A DNA stretch of 64,000 bases from Squalus acanthias (Eukaryota), in contig CM059432.1 in NCBI GenBank assembly GCA_030390025.1, forward strand, positions 94,490,001 to 94,554,000. The letters are read 5' to 3'. Position 1 is the first letter of the stretch, and every line of letters begins with the position of its first letter. A program made the position numbers and the translations under genes. Positions 14,029-26,009 of the stretch are shown piece after piece. Below the pieces are notes generated by a model that saw only the letters and a program-made list of their open reading frames with translations, searched no databases and was not told the origin of the DNA.

Positions 14029-14955
14029 TTTTTTAATACAGCCACCTCATTACCATTTTACTTCCGTGTTTGGCATTGATTGCGCAGCAGCCGGCGTGAT
14101 GAGGACCCGCATAACGCGAACTCAACTCGAGTATTTAAAGGGCCAATCCAAAGATGGAATTTGCAGGAGCTTGGTGTTGGAAGCAACAGAGGAAAAACTC
14201 TCAGTATGGAAGTAGGATGATCAAAGGCTGCACCCCACTTTAATGACGCCTCGCTTGATGAGCTGGTGGGGGCTGTGAGGGGCTCGAGAGAGAGATACTC
14301 TTTCCCAGCAACGGGAGGAAGAAACTTGCTGCTGACACAAATAAGTCATGGCTGGAGGTAGCCCAGGTCACCAGCATTGTGCCATGCTCCTGGATTCAGT
14401 GCAGGAAGCGCTATAATGACCTAACTAGGCTAGGAAAGGTGAGTACAGTTTGCAGATTCACCTAAATCCTGCTGTGCGCATCACCCTACCCACCCTCTGC
14501 CTTGTCAAGCCTACTTCATTACATCACTCGTCACACCCACTCACCCATCCTTCTCTTTCTATGCACTTCCTTACATCCCCATCTATCCATCCACCACTGC
14601 CACTCACCCTGATCTTTATGCAATATCATGCCTTTCCCTGATAGTCACCCTCACCAAATGCACTGCATCCATTGGGTGAACACATGCCATTACAGTCACT
14701 CATAGGTCTGTTCTTTCCCGCGTTGCAGAGAAGAGAGCAGAAAACACGAGGGAGAGAACCGGAGGTGGGTTTCCACAGATCTCACAGCTCACAACTGCAG
14801 AGGAGGAGGTGCTGGAGATCAGTGGCGTTTCGGCCTCCCTGGCCGTCGGAGATGGGAAGACGGTGACCTCCCAGCTACCTGGTGACACAATTAAATATCA
14901 ACGACCCACATGTCATACAGCACTCAGACTTGATTTCATCAGCGAATGAAATAAT

Positions 14956-15701
14956 GGGCCAAAAATTCGGCACTTGCCGGGTGAGTACACAAGGCCTCCT
15001 GAAGTGCCGGTTTCCTGCATGCACTGCGCAGGCGTGGGAAACCGGAACTTCCGGTCTGGTGAAGGGAGCGGTTCAGAGGTGAACCGCGTGCGCGGGAGAG
15101 GCTGCGCGCACGCAGCGAACTTAGGGTTCTTTTCAGGTTTCTCCGGGAAGGTAAGTATGGAAGAAGCTGCGCTTTTAAAAAGGAGGCGCAAGACCCGTTA
15201 TTAACAAGGTAAGTGGTTAATTAATTACAATTTAAAAAATTTTTCAACAGGTTTATCTTTTTTAGATACTTTAAAGAAAGGTAAGTTTATTTTTAGCACT
15301 GTTAAAAAGTATTTTAATTTTTTCAAAAATTTAAATTTTTGTTTAAAGTAATTAATTTATTTAACTTACAGTTATTTTAAAAATGTGATGTTTTTTTTTT
15401 AAATTTATTTGAAGTTTAGGTGTTGTTTTGGGGCCGATTTCAATTCATAGATTTGACAGGTCCTGTCAAATCTATGAATGAAAGATGGTCTGCTGCCATT
15501 GGCTCTCCATGGCCCACGCGATCCCAGGGGACGCATCGCACTAACTACGCCCCTGGGATACACAGGCACTGCACGCCGGCACTTGGAGCAGGCCCAGGAG
15601 CTGAAGTCCCCGTGGGCCCAGAGGTCAATGGCAGGCACGGTAGGTAGGTGCGCGCGGGATCCTTGCACCCGCGGGAAGCCAGGGAGCCTAATTTCTGGGC
15701 C
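14956..15701. mobile_element. Harbinger-type MITE, family C
   Basis: TIRs GGGCCAAAAATT...AATTTCTGGGCC. Colinear homologue at 38825-39568. TSD ambiguous (possibly ATG). Confidence 0.8.
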
Positions 15702-16702
15702 ATGATCATTTTCATAATGATAAGTTACAACATTCTTATCTTGCTAGTACGAATTCATATCTTTTCTCTCCTCCAGGGCCTTACGCATGCTGCAGCAGTA
15801 GCTGGATGTCACAAACAACGATTCCTCAGAGGAGCTCAATTGTTCTGAGGGTGCACCGTCACAGGACTCATGCTTACCATGCAGCAACTCAGATAGTCGC
15901 ACTTTGGTAAAACCAGTAAGACAGATAGTTGGGTTTTTACCTGGTGAGTCACACTTCACAAGTGAGCAAGAGCAAATGGTGGTGGCAGGGACAGCTGTGG
16001 AGAGTCTGCATCGAAGCTCTGCTCAACTGGACACAGATGCTGTACCCCGGGAGGCCATCAATGAAAAGGATAATCATTGAGCAGCAGCAGAGGAGAATAT
16101 GCAATGTACTGACAGACCTTCCAGCACACTGACCACGAATGCAGAGAGAATGGAGGAGTCCGCCTAAAGCATGAGTGTATTGATGTCACAGAGCATTGCG
16201 ATGCTGTCTTGTATGGATAAAGTGGCCAAATCCATGGAACATCAAGCGCGGCAATCACAAGGCCATGTAGGCCTTGAGCACGGCCATGCAGACTCTGGAT
16301 GCCAACATGTCTGCCGCCTTAAACACGGTGACAGAAACCTTAGCCTTGTCCTTACAGTGCCGCACTGATCTGCACCAAAGTGCTCTCCAGCAGAGTGGTA
16401 GCAGTGAAGTGCGGCTGAGCCAAGAGAGGGATGATGGCGAAAGAGGACATGGAAAAGGGAACGCCACTGAAAGCACTTCCACTTCTCACCCGTTGCCCCC
16501 CCTCTCAGTCAGTACCCCACATGCTGCCTCGTGCCCCGATAGCCAAGTCTGCCCCTGCACACGGGCTCCAAAACCCAGAGGACATCGGCCAAGAGCATCA
16601 CAGCAGTCAGAACAGGGATCTGAGCAGCTAGCCTCTACCTCTGCTGAAGCCACAGGGGTTGCACCATGTAGGAGTAGTAGGAAAAGGAAGAGTAAAGCTT
16701 TG

Positions 16703-17376
16703 GGGCTAAAAATTGAGTATGGGGCGCTAACTTCGCCGGTGCGCTACTTTTTAGTGCCCCAGAAAAATCAGCACCCCCGTGCTGGAAATTGAGAGGTTGC
16801 GCCCCGAGAGGGAAGCGGGGCATTACTGGAAGCGCCTCGTATCCCTCTTGGGGCGCTGCGAGTCAATATCGCAGCGCTATGTGGCGCTGCGGCACGTCGC
16901 ACCGCGGTATTGCAGGCCTTGCTCCCCTTCTTAAAGGGGAGGGGCCATGCGCAGCGCGACCCGGGGCCCAGCTGGGCTCCCGGGAATCGGGAGTGCCAGC
17001 AAAAGAGCCCGGCACTCAAGCACAGGCAGGTGCTGGCAGGCGGCCAGCAACAAAAATGGCCGCCCCACACCGCGCCTTTAAATTGCGCCTCCCCGGCCGC
17101 AGGTAGGCCCCCCTGACCCCGTCGGACATAGCGTCCGGCGCTAAGTCAGGGGGCGCTCCCGAAGATCGCGGCCGGGGTGCGAGCGGGGCGCTGTGCACAG
17201 CAATGATGCCATCGCCGGCGGCGCAGCGCTGCTACCGGTTAGCGCTGCCGCTAACCTCCCGCTGAATTTCACGGGAGGCATGGGCGGCGCCATGTCCGGG
17301 CGCTAGTTGCTTTGCGCCCCATTAGTGCCCTCTTTGGGCGCTAATGGGAGGCACAAAGCAACCCAATTTTTCCCCC
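16703..17376. mobile_element. GC-rich Harbinger-type MITE, family B
   Basis: TIRs GGGCTAAAAATTG...CAATTTTTCCCCC, TSD TTG, and many GGCGCT/AGCGCC subterminal motifs. Inverted homologue at 40899-41531. Confidence 0.9.
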
Positions 17377-17715
17377 TTGTAGTTGCACAAGTGTATGCAC
17401 ATGGGTGTAGGAGAACATGTTACGTTGTAAAGTTTCTGCCCTTCAGTTCAATCACATAAATTTTTATCTTTTGCACAGCTTTCCCATCTTGCTCATTCTT
17501 GTTTGATAATGAATGGGAAGACATGAATTGACGGTGACCAATGGGAGGATGTGTAAGGGGTGGTTGGTTGTTTGAACGGCTGCTTTGTGTTAGTGGCATT
17601 GGGGGCAGGAAGAGTGGCCATTGCATGTGCTTCTGACACCGGTCCACTGGTGCAATCTAAGTGAAACGTGCATAATAATGGCATCCATAGCAGCATAGTG
17701 GTTATTTACTGGACT

Positions 17716-18306
17716 TGTGAAAGGGTTAAAAGAGCTAAAATATAAAAAGAGTGGTTATGAACAAGTTTAAAAGAGGGAAATATGATGTAACGTGGTCAAG
17801 ACTATACACTACAAATCACTAATTGAGTAAAATATTAGAAATAACCTTGGAGTCCCGGTTGCTATGGTGAAATCTTTCAAAGCAATTTTAATTGAATTTA
17901 CTTGAATTTAACCTTGGAGTTGCCAGATTAACGTGCACACGAACTGCAAGAAGTTGCACCCGAGACCAATTATTTTGCACCCGAGACCAATTATTTTGCA
18001 CCCGAGACCAATTATTTTGCACCCGAAACCAACTATTTTACACTCGGAACCAACTGTATGTAACGTAAATAATTGTGGGACAATAGCCACGACTTAGAAC
18101 AGAAACTGTATATAAGGTAGAGGAGTTTTAACGATCGGGGAGCATTCGTCCCTGGATGAGTGACTCCCCTGTCGGCTTGTATTAAAGTTGATTTACTGAA
18201 TGAATCTCCGGACTCCGAGCGATTGATTGGGAATAAGGCGGACGTCGACCCTTTATATCAGAGGGTCCGTCTCGGGGAGAAGAAGCTCTCCCGGTTTACC
18301 CTTACA
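17716..18306 (+). mobile_element. Solo LTR (Gypsy/ERV-type)
   Basis: Ends TGTGAAAGGG...CCCTTACA, with ACT(T) duplicated at the flanks. TATATAAG near 18109 and ATTAAA at 18181. The host SINE-like head rejoins after removal. Confidence 0.75.
17954..18056 (+). repeat. 21-bp tandem repeat (TTTTGCACCCGAGACCAATTA, ~5 copies) in LTR U3
   Basis: Directly visible; the last two units are degenerate. Confidence 0.9.
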
Positions 18307-19956
18307 ACTTGTAATCCAGAGGCTTGGACTAATAATCTGGAAACATGAGTTCAAATCCCAACATGGCAGCTGGAGAATTTGAATTTAATTAAGTAAATAA
18401 ATCTGGAATAAAAAGCTAATATCAGTAATGGTGACCATGAACCTACCGGATAATCGTAAAAACCCATTTTGTTCACTAATGTCCTTTAGGAAAGGAAATC
18501 TTCCATCCTTACCCGGTCTGGCCGATATGCAACTCCAGACCCACAGCAATGTGGTTGACTGCTCTCTGCAATGGCCTAGCAAGCCACTCAATTGTATCAA
18601 ACCGCAACGAAAAGCAATAAGAATAAAACATGACAAAGGCACACTCAGCCCAGTCGACCCGTCAAACTCCTCCTCACTAACATCTGGGGACTTGTGCCAA
18701 AATTGGGAGAGCTGTCCCACAGACTAGTCTAGCAACAGCCTGACATAGTCATACTCACAGAATCATAGCTTTCAGCCAATGTCCCATACTCATCCATCAC
18801 CATCCCTGGGTATGCCCTGTCCCACCAGCAGGACAGACCCACCTGAGTTGGCGGCACAGTGGCATACAGTCAGGAGTGAGTGGCCCTGGGAGTCCTCAAC
18901 ATTGACTCCGGATTCCATAAAGTCTCATGGCATCAAGTCAAAAATGGGCAAGGAAACCTCCTGTTAATTACCAGCTACCGCCCTCCCCTCAGCAGATGAA
19001 TCAGTACTCCTCCAGTGCATCTTCTAGATGGTACACACTGCAGACATGGTGCACCGGTGGTGGAGGGAGTGAATGTTTAAGGTGGTGGATAGGGTGCAAT
19101 CAAGTGGGCTGCTTTGTCCTGGATGGTGTCGAGCTTCTTGAGTGTTGTTGGAGCTGCACTCAACTAAGGAAGTGGAGAGTATTTTATCCAGGACGAGGGA
19201 AAACCTACTTGACCTCGTCCTCACCAATCTACCTGTCGCAGATGCATGACAGTATTGGTAGGAGTGACCACCACGCAGTCCTTGTGTGAAGACGGGACTT
19301 TGTCTCCACAAGGACTGTGTGGTGGTCACTCCTACCAATACTGTCATGCATCTGCGACAGGTGGATTGGTGAGGATGAGGTCAAGTAGGTTTTTCCCTCG
19401 TCTTGGTTCTCTCAACATCTGCTGCAGGCCCAGTCTGGCAGCTATGTCCTTCAGGACTTGGCCAGCTTGGACAGTAGTGGTGCTACCGAGCCACTCTTGG
19501 TGATGGACATTGAAGTCCCCCACTCAGAGTACATTCTGTGCCCTTGCTACTTCTAATGCTTCTTGCAACTGCATTGGTTCAAGAAGGCGGCTCACCACCA
19601 ACTTCTCAAGGGCAATTAGGGATGGGCAATAAAATGCTGGCCTTGCCAGCTATGCCCACATCCCGTGAATGAATTAAAAAAGAAGCAATGTGAGCAGCTG
19701 GTGGTGCATTGCCCTCATCATCTTCTTCCTCCTCGTCTACCTCCTCATCCTCGGAATTGTCTGAAGAGGATCTGCGCTCTGCGCCTTGTTCCTCCTGCAG
19801 GTCCAACCTCGCTGCTACGCAATGCTGTGCAGAGCGCAGAACACCACAACAAATCTGGGCATTCTGGCTGGTGTGTACTGAAGGGCGCCTCCAGATCTGT
19901 CTAGGCACCTGAAGCGAATTTTCAGCATGCCGAACGCTTGTTCGATCACACATCTA

Positions 19957-20625
19957 GGGCTGTATTTTGATACTGGGGCGGGTTGGGGTCGTGTCATCCG
20001 CATTTTGTGTTATCCACCCGACTGCAATTGGATGTGAGAGATTGATGCAATTTTCACCTAATTGGGCAATTGAGTTCCAGCATGTGGGAACCCATGAACC
20101 AATTAGTGGTTTCAGCCTGAAAGTCGCCTCTGATGATGTCAGCATTGATGCTGCATTGAAGGTCAGAGACTGTGAGAGGACCTGGATGCAAAATGAGCAG
20201 CAGCTCTAAGTCTGCAGAGAGAGAGAGAGAGAAGAGAGAGAATTTTTTTTTGCTCCACCACTCCCAGATGCCAGCCAGCCACTCACTGATAGTCAGCGCA
20301 GCCACTGATATTCAGCTATCCACATGTGCTCCCGCCAGGTTTCACAATCGTGTTTCAGAACAGGCGTGCTTCACGTAGACCAAAGGTTAAAATCACAAAG
20401 GCCTTTCAAAATGGCATTATAGAGCCAATTTAGTGCTTGTTAAGGGCCTTAACAGCCTATCCCGTCTCTTAAAGGTGGGACGCAGGCGGGACCAGCAGAC
20501 ACGATTTCATCAAAATTGCGTGGAGGCGGGATGGAGGCGGACTTGTGCCCGCCCGCCACTTTTCACAATTTTAACCCCCCACACGCCTCCAAACCCGCCT
20601 CCACGGGTCAATGAAAATCCAGCCC
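19957..20625. mobile_element. Harbinger-type MITE, family A (inverted relative to 1881-2574)
   Basis: TIRs GGGCTGTATTTT...AAAATCCAGCCC and TSD CTA. Splits the transposase at T-R-C. Confidence 0.9.
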
Positions 20626-22590
20626 CTAGTGTTCATATGGCATTCACCGTAACTCTGTTGGGCTTCATTGGTCGGATTTCTGACGGGTCACATCAGCCAA
20701 GTTTGAAGTAGGTATCCCTCGTCTCTTAGCAGCCACCCCTTAAGTGAGCTTCCAGGTCCTAAGACGTCAGGGAGCTTGGACTGCCGCAGGACAAAAGCAG
20801 CTCTCCAGGAATCTTACGCACACCTGCAGAAATATCTTTTTGTGGTTGCACAGCAGCTGCACATTGATGGAGTGGAAGCCCTTGAGGTTCATGAATACTC
20901 CTGGTTAATCTGGGGGTGCCCGGATAGGCACGTATGTGCAGTCGATAATGCCCTGCACCTGTGGGAAGCCAGCCAGAGCTGCAAAGCGAGCGCCCACTCA
21001 TTCTGACTGGTGTCAGCGCAGGCAAAGTTCTCATAATTGCCGGCCCTGGCAAACAACCCACCAGTCTTATGCATTTGTGAGCCACTGACTGGGAGATCCT
21101 GCATATGTCTCCGGCAGAGCCCTAGAAGGATCCAGAGGCAAAAAAATTGAGGGCGGTGGTGAATTTGACAGCCACTGGTAACGCGTGGCCACCAGGTCCA
21201 GCAGACAGCAGGTCTTCTTCTAGCAGGCTGCATATATCTGCAGATATAGCCTCCTGAAGCACTGCTGTTCCGATATGTCAAGGAAACTCAGCCTCTGCCT
21301 GTAGACCCTGTGTCACAGATAGTGCCTCCTGCGTGCTGCACCCCTCTGTTGCTCCCCTCCTGCTGTCCAGCTACAGGTCTCTCAACAGCAGGCTGCTATT
21401 ACTGCTGGTCCCCTCTCTGATATCCAGCTACAGGTCTCTCAACAGCAGGCTGCTGCTGGTGCTGGTCATATTGCTCCTCGTCTGAAGTCCAATCTAAGGC
21501 AACTAAAGCGCCACCCATCTTGATGTGATTCAAAAAACCTTCAAAGTGTAGAGAGCAAACTCTGAGCAAAAATGCAGTGAACAATCCCTTTCCCACTAGC
21601 ACTTAAGAATACAGCTGTGAGTACTGAGTATTTTATGCAGTATTTCCATGAGATTGACTCAGATCCCACAATTGTCGTTGTATTCTCGCCTTGCTTTCAC
21701 TGGCGAGTTTCAGGAAGCCCGGGAAACTCATGGATGCGCCGCTAAATTTGAAAGTCAGTTGAATTATCGCTCCAATTGAGTGATTAGCATATGTCAACAG
21801 ACAATCCGCCTCTTCTAAGGCGTTTGCGCACAGGCAGCCTAACACGCTCCAGTTAAACGCAGAAGTCAGTGGGTTGGAGCCGGCTTCCTGATGCGCTTGC
21901 ATTTTTCCCTGTTTTCACCCCCCCGACATACACACCCAAAACCACGTGCTCCTCGAGGTTCAAATTTCCCAAGTTTCAGAGTCACATCACTTAGGCAACT
22001 AGTACAGGTATGGGCTTGAACCAGCCCCACAACAATAGTAATGTCCTAACTATCCACTGTACTGGTATTAATTACTACCAGCGCAGTGCAATAGCGGTGT
22101 TGAAATGCCAGCATTCATGGTGGCATACAAGCCAACCATTCAATCATCTATATTAAATGTTTTTTGTGTGGAGTGCACTTTCTGTAAGATTCAAGCGTAC
22201 TTCTTATAACACTTGCCCTGTCACATTCTATTCATTTTATAGAACAACATTTTACTTATTCAGTCACCATAAGTCAGTGGCCTTGATAATGACACAACAC
22301 TGTTATTGTTATGAAGAAGCATATTCTCTGACTCATGCCATGGGAGATTTATTGCTCGTAATATATTAAAAGTGATTACATACAGCACGCACTTCCTGTA
22401 AATGTAACATTTCCTCTCAAGTTTTACTGTCACACGTTTTTCATCATGTCTGTCTGTCACACTAAAACTTGTTATTTCTATGCCTATTTGATTGGCTCAT
22501 TCTTCCCACATGCCTAGTTCCAGCACTGAGTCCTCCGAGTACTTGATTTGCATCTCCAAGGCTGATGGCACTGTTCTTCGCAGCATCACA

Positions 22591-24693
22591 TGTCTAAGGG
22601 CTGTAAAAGTCTGGCCAATGAAATTGAAGAGGAAACAGTTTGGGTACAGTTGAGGTACATTCCCACTAGGGGGAAAGGCAGGGCAACTAACGTTAGAGCT
22701 CCCTGGATGACAAAAGAGATAGAGAATAAGATGAAGCAGAAAAAGAGCGCATATGACAGATGTCAGGTTGAGAATACATCTGAGAATCAGGCTAAATATC
22801 GAAATTTCAGAGGAGAAGTGAAAAAGAAAATAAGAGGGGCAAAGAGAGGGTATGAGAATAGAATGGCAGCTAACATAAAAGGTAATCCAAAAGTCTTCTG
22901 TAGGCATATAAATAGTAAACGGGTAGTAAGAGGAGGGGTGGGGCCGATTAGGGACCAAAAGGGAGACCTACACATGGAGGCAGAGGGTATAGGTGCTAAA
23001 TGAGTACTTTGCATCTGTCTTCACCAAGGAAGAAGATGCTGTCACAGATATAGTGAAGGAGGAGGTAGAGGAGCTACTGGATGGGATAAAAATTGATAAA
23101 GAGGAGGTACTAGAAAGGCTGGCTGTACTTAAAGTAGATAAGTCACCAGGACCGGATGGGATGCATCTTTGGACACTGAAGGAAGAAATCGTGGAGGTAC
23201 TGACCATAATCTTCCAATCCTCCTTAGAAACGGGGGTGGTGCCAGAGGACTGGAGAATTGCAAATGTTACACCCTTGTTCAGAAAAGGGTGTAAAGATAA
23301 ATCCAGCAACTACAGGCCAGTCAGTTTAACCTCAGTAGTGGGGAAGCTTTTAGAAACAATAATCAGTTACAAAGTTAACAGTCACTTGGACAAGTGTGGA
23401 TTAATTAAGGAAAGCCAGCACGGATTTGTTAAAGGCAAATCGTGTTTAATCAACTTGATCGAGTTTTTTGATGAGGTAACAGAGAGGGTTGATGAGGGCA
23501 ATGCGGTTGATGTAGTGTACATGGATTTCCAAAAGACGTTCGACAAAGTGCCACATAATAGGCTTGCCAGCAAAGTTGAAGCCCATGGAATAAAAGGAAC
23601 AGTGGCAGCATGGATACGAAATTGGCTAAGTGACAGGAAACAGATAGTAGCGGTGAACGGTTGTTTTTCAGACTGGAGGAAGATATTCAGTGGTGTTCCC
23701 CAGGGGTCGGTTCTAGGACCACTGCTTTTCTTGATATATATTAATGACTTGGACGTGGGTGTACAGGGCACAATTTCAAAATGTGCAGATGACACAAAAC
23801 TTGGAAGTATAATTAACAGTGAAGACGATAATGATAGACTTCAAGAGGCTGGTGGAATGGGCGGACACATGGTAGATGAAATTTAATGCAGAAAAGTGCG
23901 AAGTGATACATTTTGGTAGAAAGAATGAAGAGAGGAAATATAAACTAAAGAGTACAATCCTAAAGGGGGTGTTTGAACAGAGAGACCTGGGGGTATATGT
24001 GCACAAAGCGTTGAAGGTGGCCGGGCAGGTTGAGAAAGCAGTTAAAAAAGCTTACGGGATCCTGGGCTTCATGAATAGAGGTATAGAGTACAAAAGTGTG
24101 GAAATTATTATGAACCTGTATAAAACACTGGTTCGGCCTCAATTGGAGTATTGCGTCCAATTCTGGGCACCGCACTTTAGCAAGGATGTGAAGGCCTTAG
24201 AGAGGGTGCAGAAAAGATTTACAAGAATGATTTCAGAAATGAGGGACTTCAGTTACGTGGATAGACTGGAGAAGCTGGGGTTGTTCTCCTTAGAGCAGAG
24301 AAGATTCAGAGGAGATTTGATAGAGGTGTTCAAAATCATGAGGGGTCTGGACAGAGTAGATAGAGAGAAACTGTTCCCATTGGCAGAAGGGTCGAGAACC
24401 AGAGGACACAGATTTAAGGTGATTGGCAGAAGAACCAAAGGCGACATGAGTAAAATCTTTTTTACTCAGTGTGTGGTTAGCATCTGGAATGCACTGCCTG
24501 AGAGGGTGATGGAAGCAGACTCAATCACGGCTTTCAAAAGGGAGTTGGATAAGTACCTAAAGGATAAAAAATTGCAGGGCTACGGGGAAAGGGCAGGGGA
24601 GTGGGACTAGCTGAAGTGCTCTTGCAGAGAGTCGGCACGGGCTCGACGGGCCGAATGGCCTTCTTTCGTGCTGTAACCATTCTATGATTCTAT
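22591..24693 (+). mobile_element. CR1 ORF2 3' half (subfamily with KGCKDK.SNYRP)
   Basis: Frameshifted RT ORFs 22993-23886 and 23876-24610, with ATTCTATG tail repeats. Confidence 0.95.
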
Positions 24694-25565
24694 GAAGCAA
24701 ACTCCTGCTGCCTGCCACCACTGGCTCCTAGTGCCTCACCCTGCTCCTGGCCTGCCCTCCCTGCCACCTCTTGCTGCTCCTGCCCTGCCTCTATATATCC
24801 CCAGCACCCTAGCTTTCCTCCTCTTCCACTTCGTCCTGTTGCCTGGCTCGCTAAACCCAACCACTGGTGCTCTTTCCCTCCTCTCTGCAGGTGAGCTGCT
24901 CCTACAACCAGAAATAGAGCACTGCCATGAGCTTCCAGAACATCACTCCTAGTAGTTCCAGACCATGGAATCTGCTGCTCCCAAATAAAGAAACCCTATC
25001 GTTCCCAATAGTCCCAGATCTCAACACCCTGTGCCACCACCACCCCGCTTTTTTCACACCTCACCCCACAGCACCCATAACTGTGGAGTACTTCCCCAAA
25101 ACTGCCAAATCATGCCAGAAAAGAAAAACTGGGGGTGATGTTCAACTGCCCGCTGCCCATTTCTCACCCAAAAAATGGCAACCAGCATTTGAAAATGGGG
25201 TGGGGGGAGGGGGAACGGGTGAAGAGGGACGGGTAGGGGAGAGGCACCTCAGCCTCACTGACACAGTTTTCATATGGGCCTGTAAATGGGTGAGCAGCCC
25301 GCTGACCTGTTTCCGGCAGGGGGCTGCTTAAATATGCAAATTGGGGTGCTACACCAGTTCATCATTTTGGTTTACACAGTAAGGGAAATTGGGTCTTGGC
25401 GTTTGGACGCAATCTGCAAACAGCTGTACCTAGTCGGCAGCCATGCCAATGTTAATCCAGTGTAAAAGGAGGAACACTGCTAATTTGCACACTATTTTGA
25501 AAACATCAAGAAGCATTCAAAATGCTGTCCCATGTCTGAAAGAGCTGAAGGCAGTTATCACTCAC

Positions 25566-25668
25566 CTATGATGACCTGTGTATCGGGCACCTTTGATGTG
25601 TCCAACACCTTTGCATCCAGGTGTTGGACATCGTCCCGGACTCGGAGCTGCAACAAGGACTTGTGAAG
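25566..25668 (-). CDS. L3MBTL1: L3MBTL-family coding exon, linker plus first part of CCHHC/C2HC zinc finger ((T)SQVLVAAPSPGRCPTPGCKGVGHIKGARYTGHH)
   Basis: 103 bp, phase 1/2, matching the phase-1 donor of the previous exon. Acceptor CCTTTTCAG, donor AG|GTGAG. CPTPGC.G.GH....HH motif. This frame is not in the ORF track. Confidence 0.9.
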
Positions 25669-26009
25669 CTGAAAAGGAAAAATAAAGGCATAAAAACCAC
25701 AGCTGATGCAAAAGCATTGTAACTTACGGAACAAATATTAATCTCCTGGAAATTCAGGCCATATAATAAACCAGTAAGGCTTGGATGGTTTCTAACTGTC
25801 AAGATTAGACCACAGCCTTGAAATTGTTGCCTGGTAACTTTTAAAAAAATATAGATACAGTTTTAATTTTGTGGGGGGGATTAATTTGGTTTTCTGACTG
25901 AGTGTACGTTAGGAATGAATGTCAGGAAATTCTAAAGTCTGTTAAGTAAATGTAAGCACAATGATGTAGAGCAACTGCAGGATAGTAATCATAGCAAGGG
26001 CTTCTGATG

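Larger units (their letters stand above)
14206..17382 (+). pseudogene. Harbinger Myb/SANT-like DNA-binding protein pseudogene (3 exons)
   Basis: Exon 1 (14206-14438): AAPHFNDASLDELVGAV...WLEVA...SWIQCRKRYNDLTRLGK|GTGAGT, with an early TGA and a frameshift near 14290. Exon 2 at ~14729-14882. Exon 3 from ~15777 ends RSSRKRKSKAL* once MITE 16703-17376 is removed. Confidence 0.8.
17689..19687 (+). mobile_element. Internally deleted and rearranged LINE-B derivative with tRNA-like 5' head
   Basis: A-box-like TAGTGGTTA and B-box GAGTTCAAATCC, split by an LTR. Endonuclease-region fragments in both orientations. LINE-B 3' tail with poly(A) at ~19576-19681. Possible TSD AGCAGCA/AGAAGCA. Confidence 0.7.
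17657..21518 (-). pseudogene. Harbinger (HARBI1-like, DDE_Tnp_4) transposase pseudogene
   Basis: GFPQVQGIIDCTYV...KGFHSINVQLLC (20970-20850), GWLLRDEGY...WLM*PVRNP, TRCVIEQAFGMLKIRFRCLDRSGGALQY...CALH, then an acidic tail. The last codons ARFT* lie at 17671-17657, beyond a 2-kb insertion. Confidence 0.9.
13756..21969. mobile_element. Decayed autonomous-type PIF/Harbinger transposon with five nested insertions
   Basis: TSD CAA at both ends. Degenerate TIRs: GATACTAACTCGGAGACGTGTTGGG versus reverse-complement AAATTTGAACCTCGAGGAGCACGTGGTTTTGGG. Contains convergent Myb/SANT (+) and DDE transposase (-) genes. Confidence 0.8.

Noticed and set aside
17954..18056. 21-bp repeat array as a CRISPR
   Set aside because: No spacers, head-to-tail units inside an LTR, eukaryotic context and no cas genes.
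21366..21454. 32-bp direct repeat
   Set aside because: Local duplication in the low-complexity transposase N-terminus.
17657..21518. Host HARBI1 gene
   Set aside because: Has stops, frameshifts, nested insertions, TIRs and a TSD, so it is a transposon relic.
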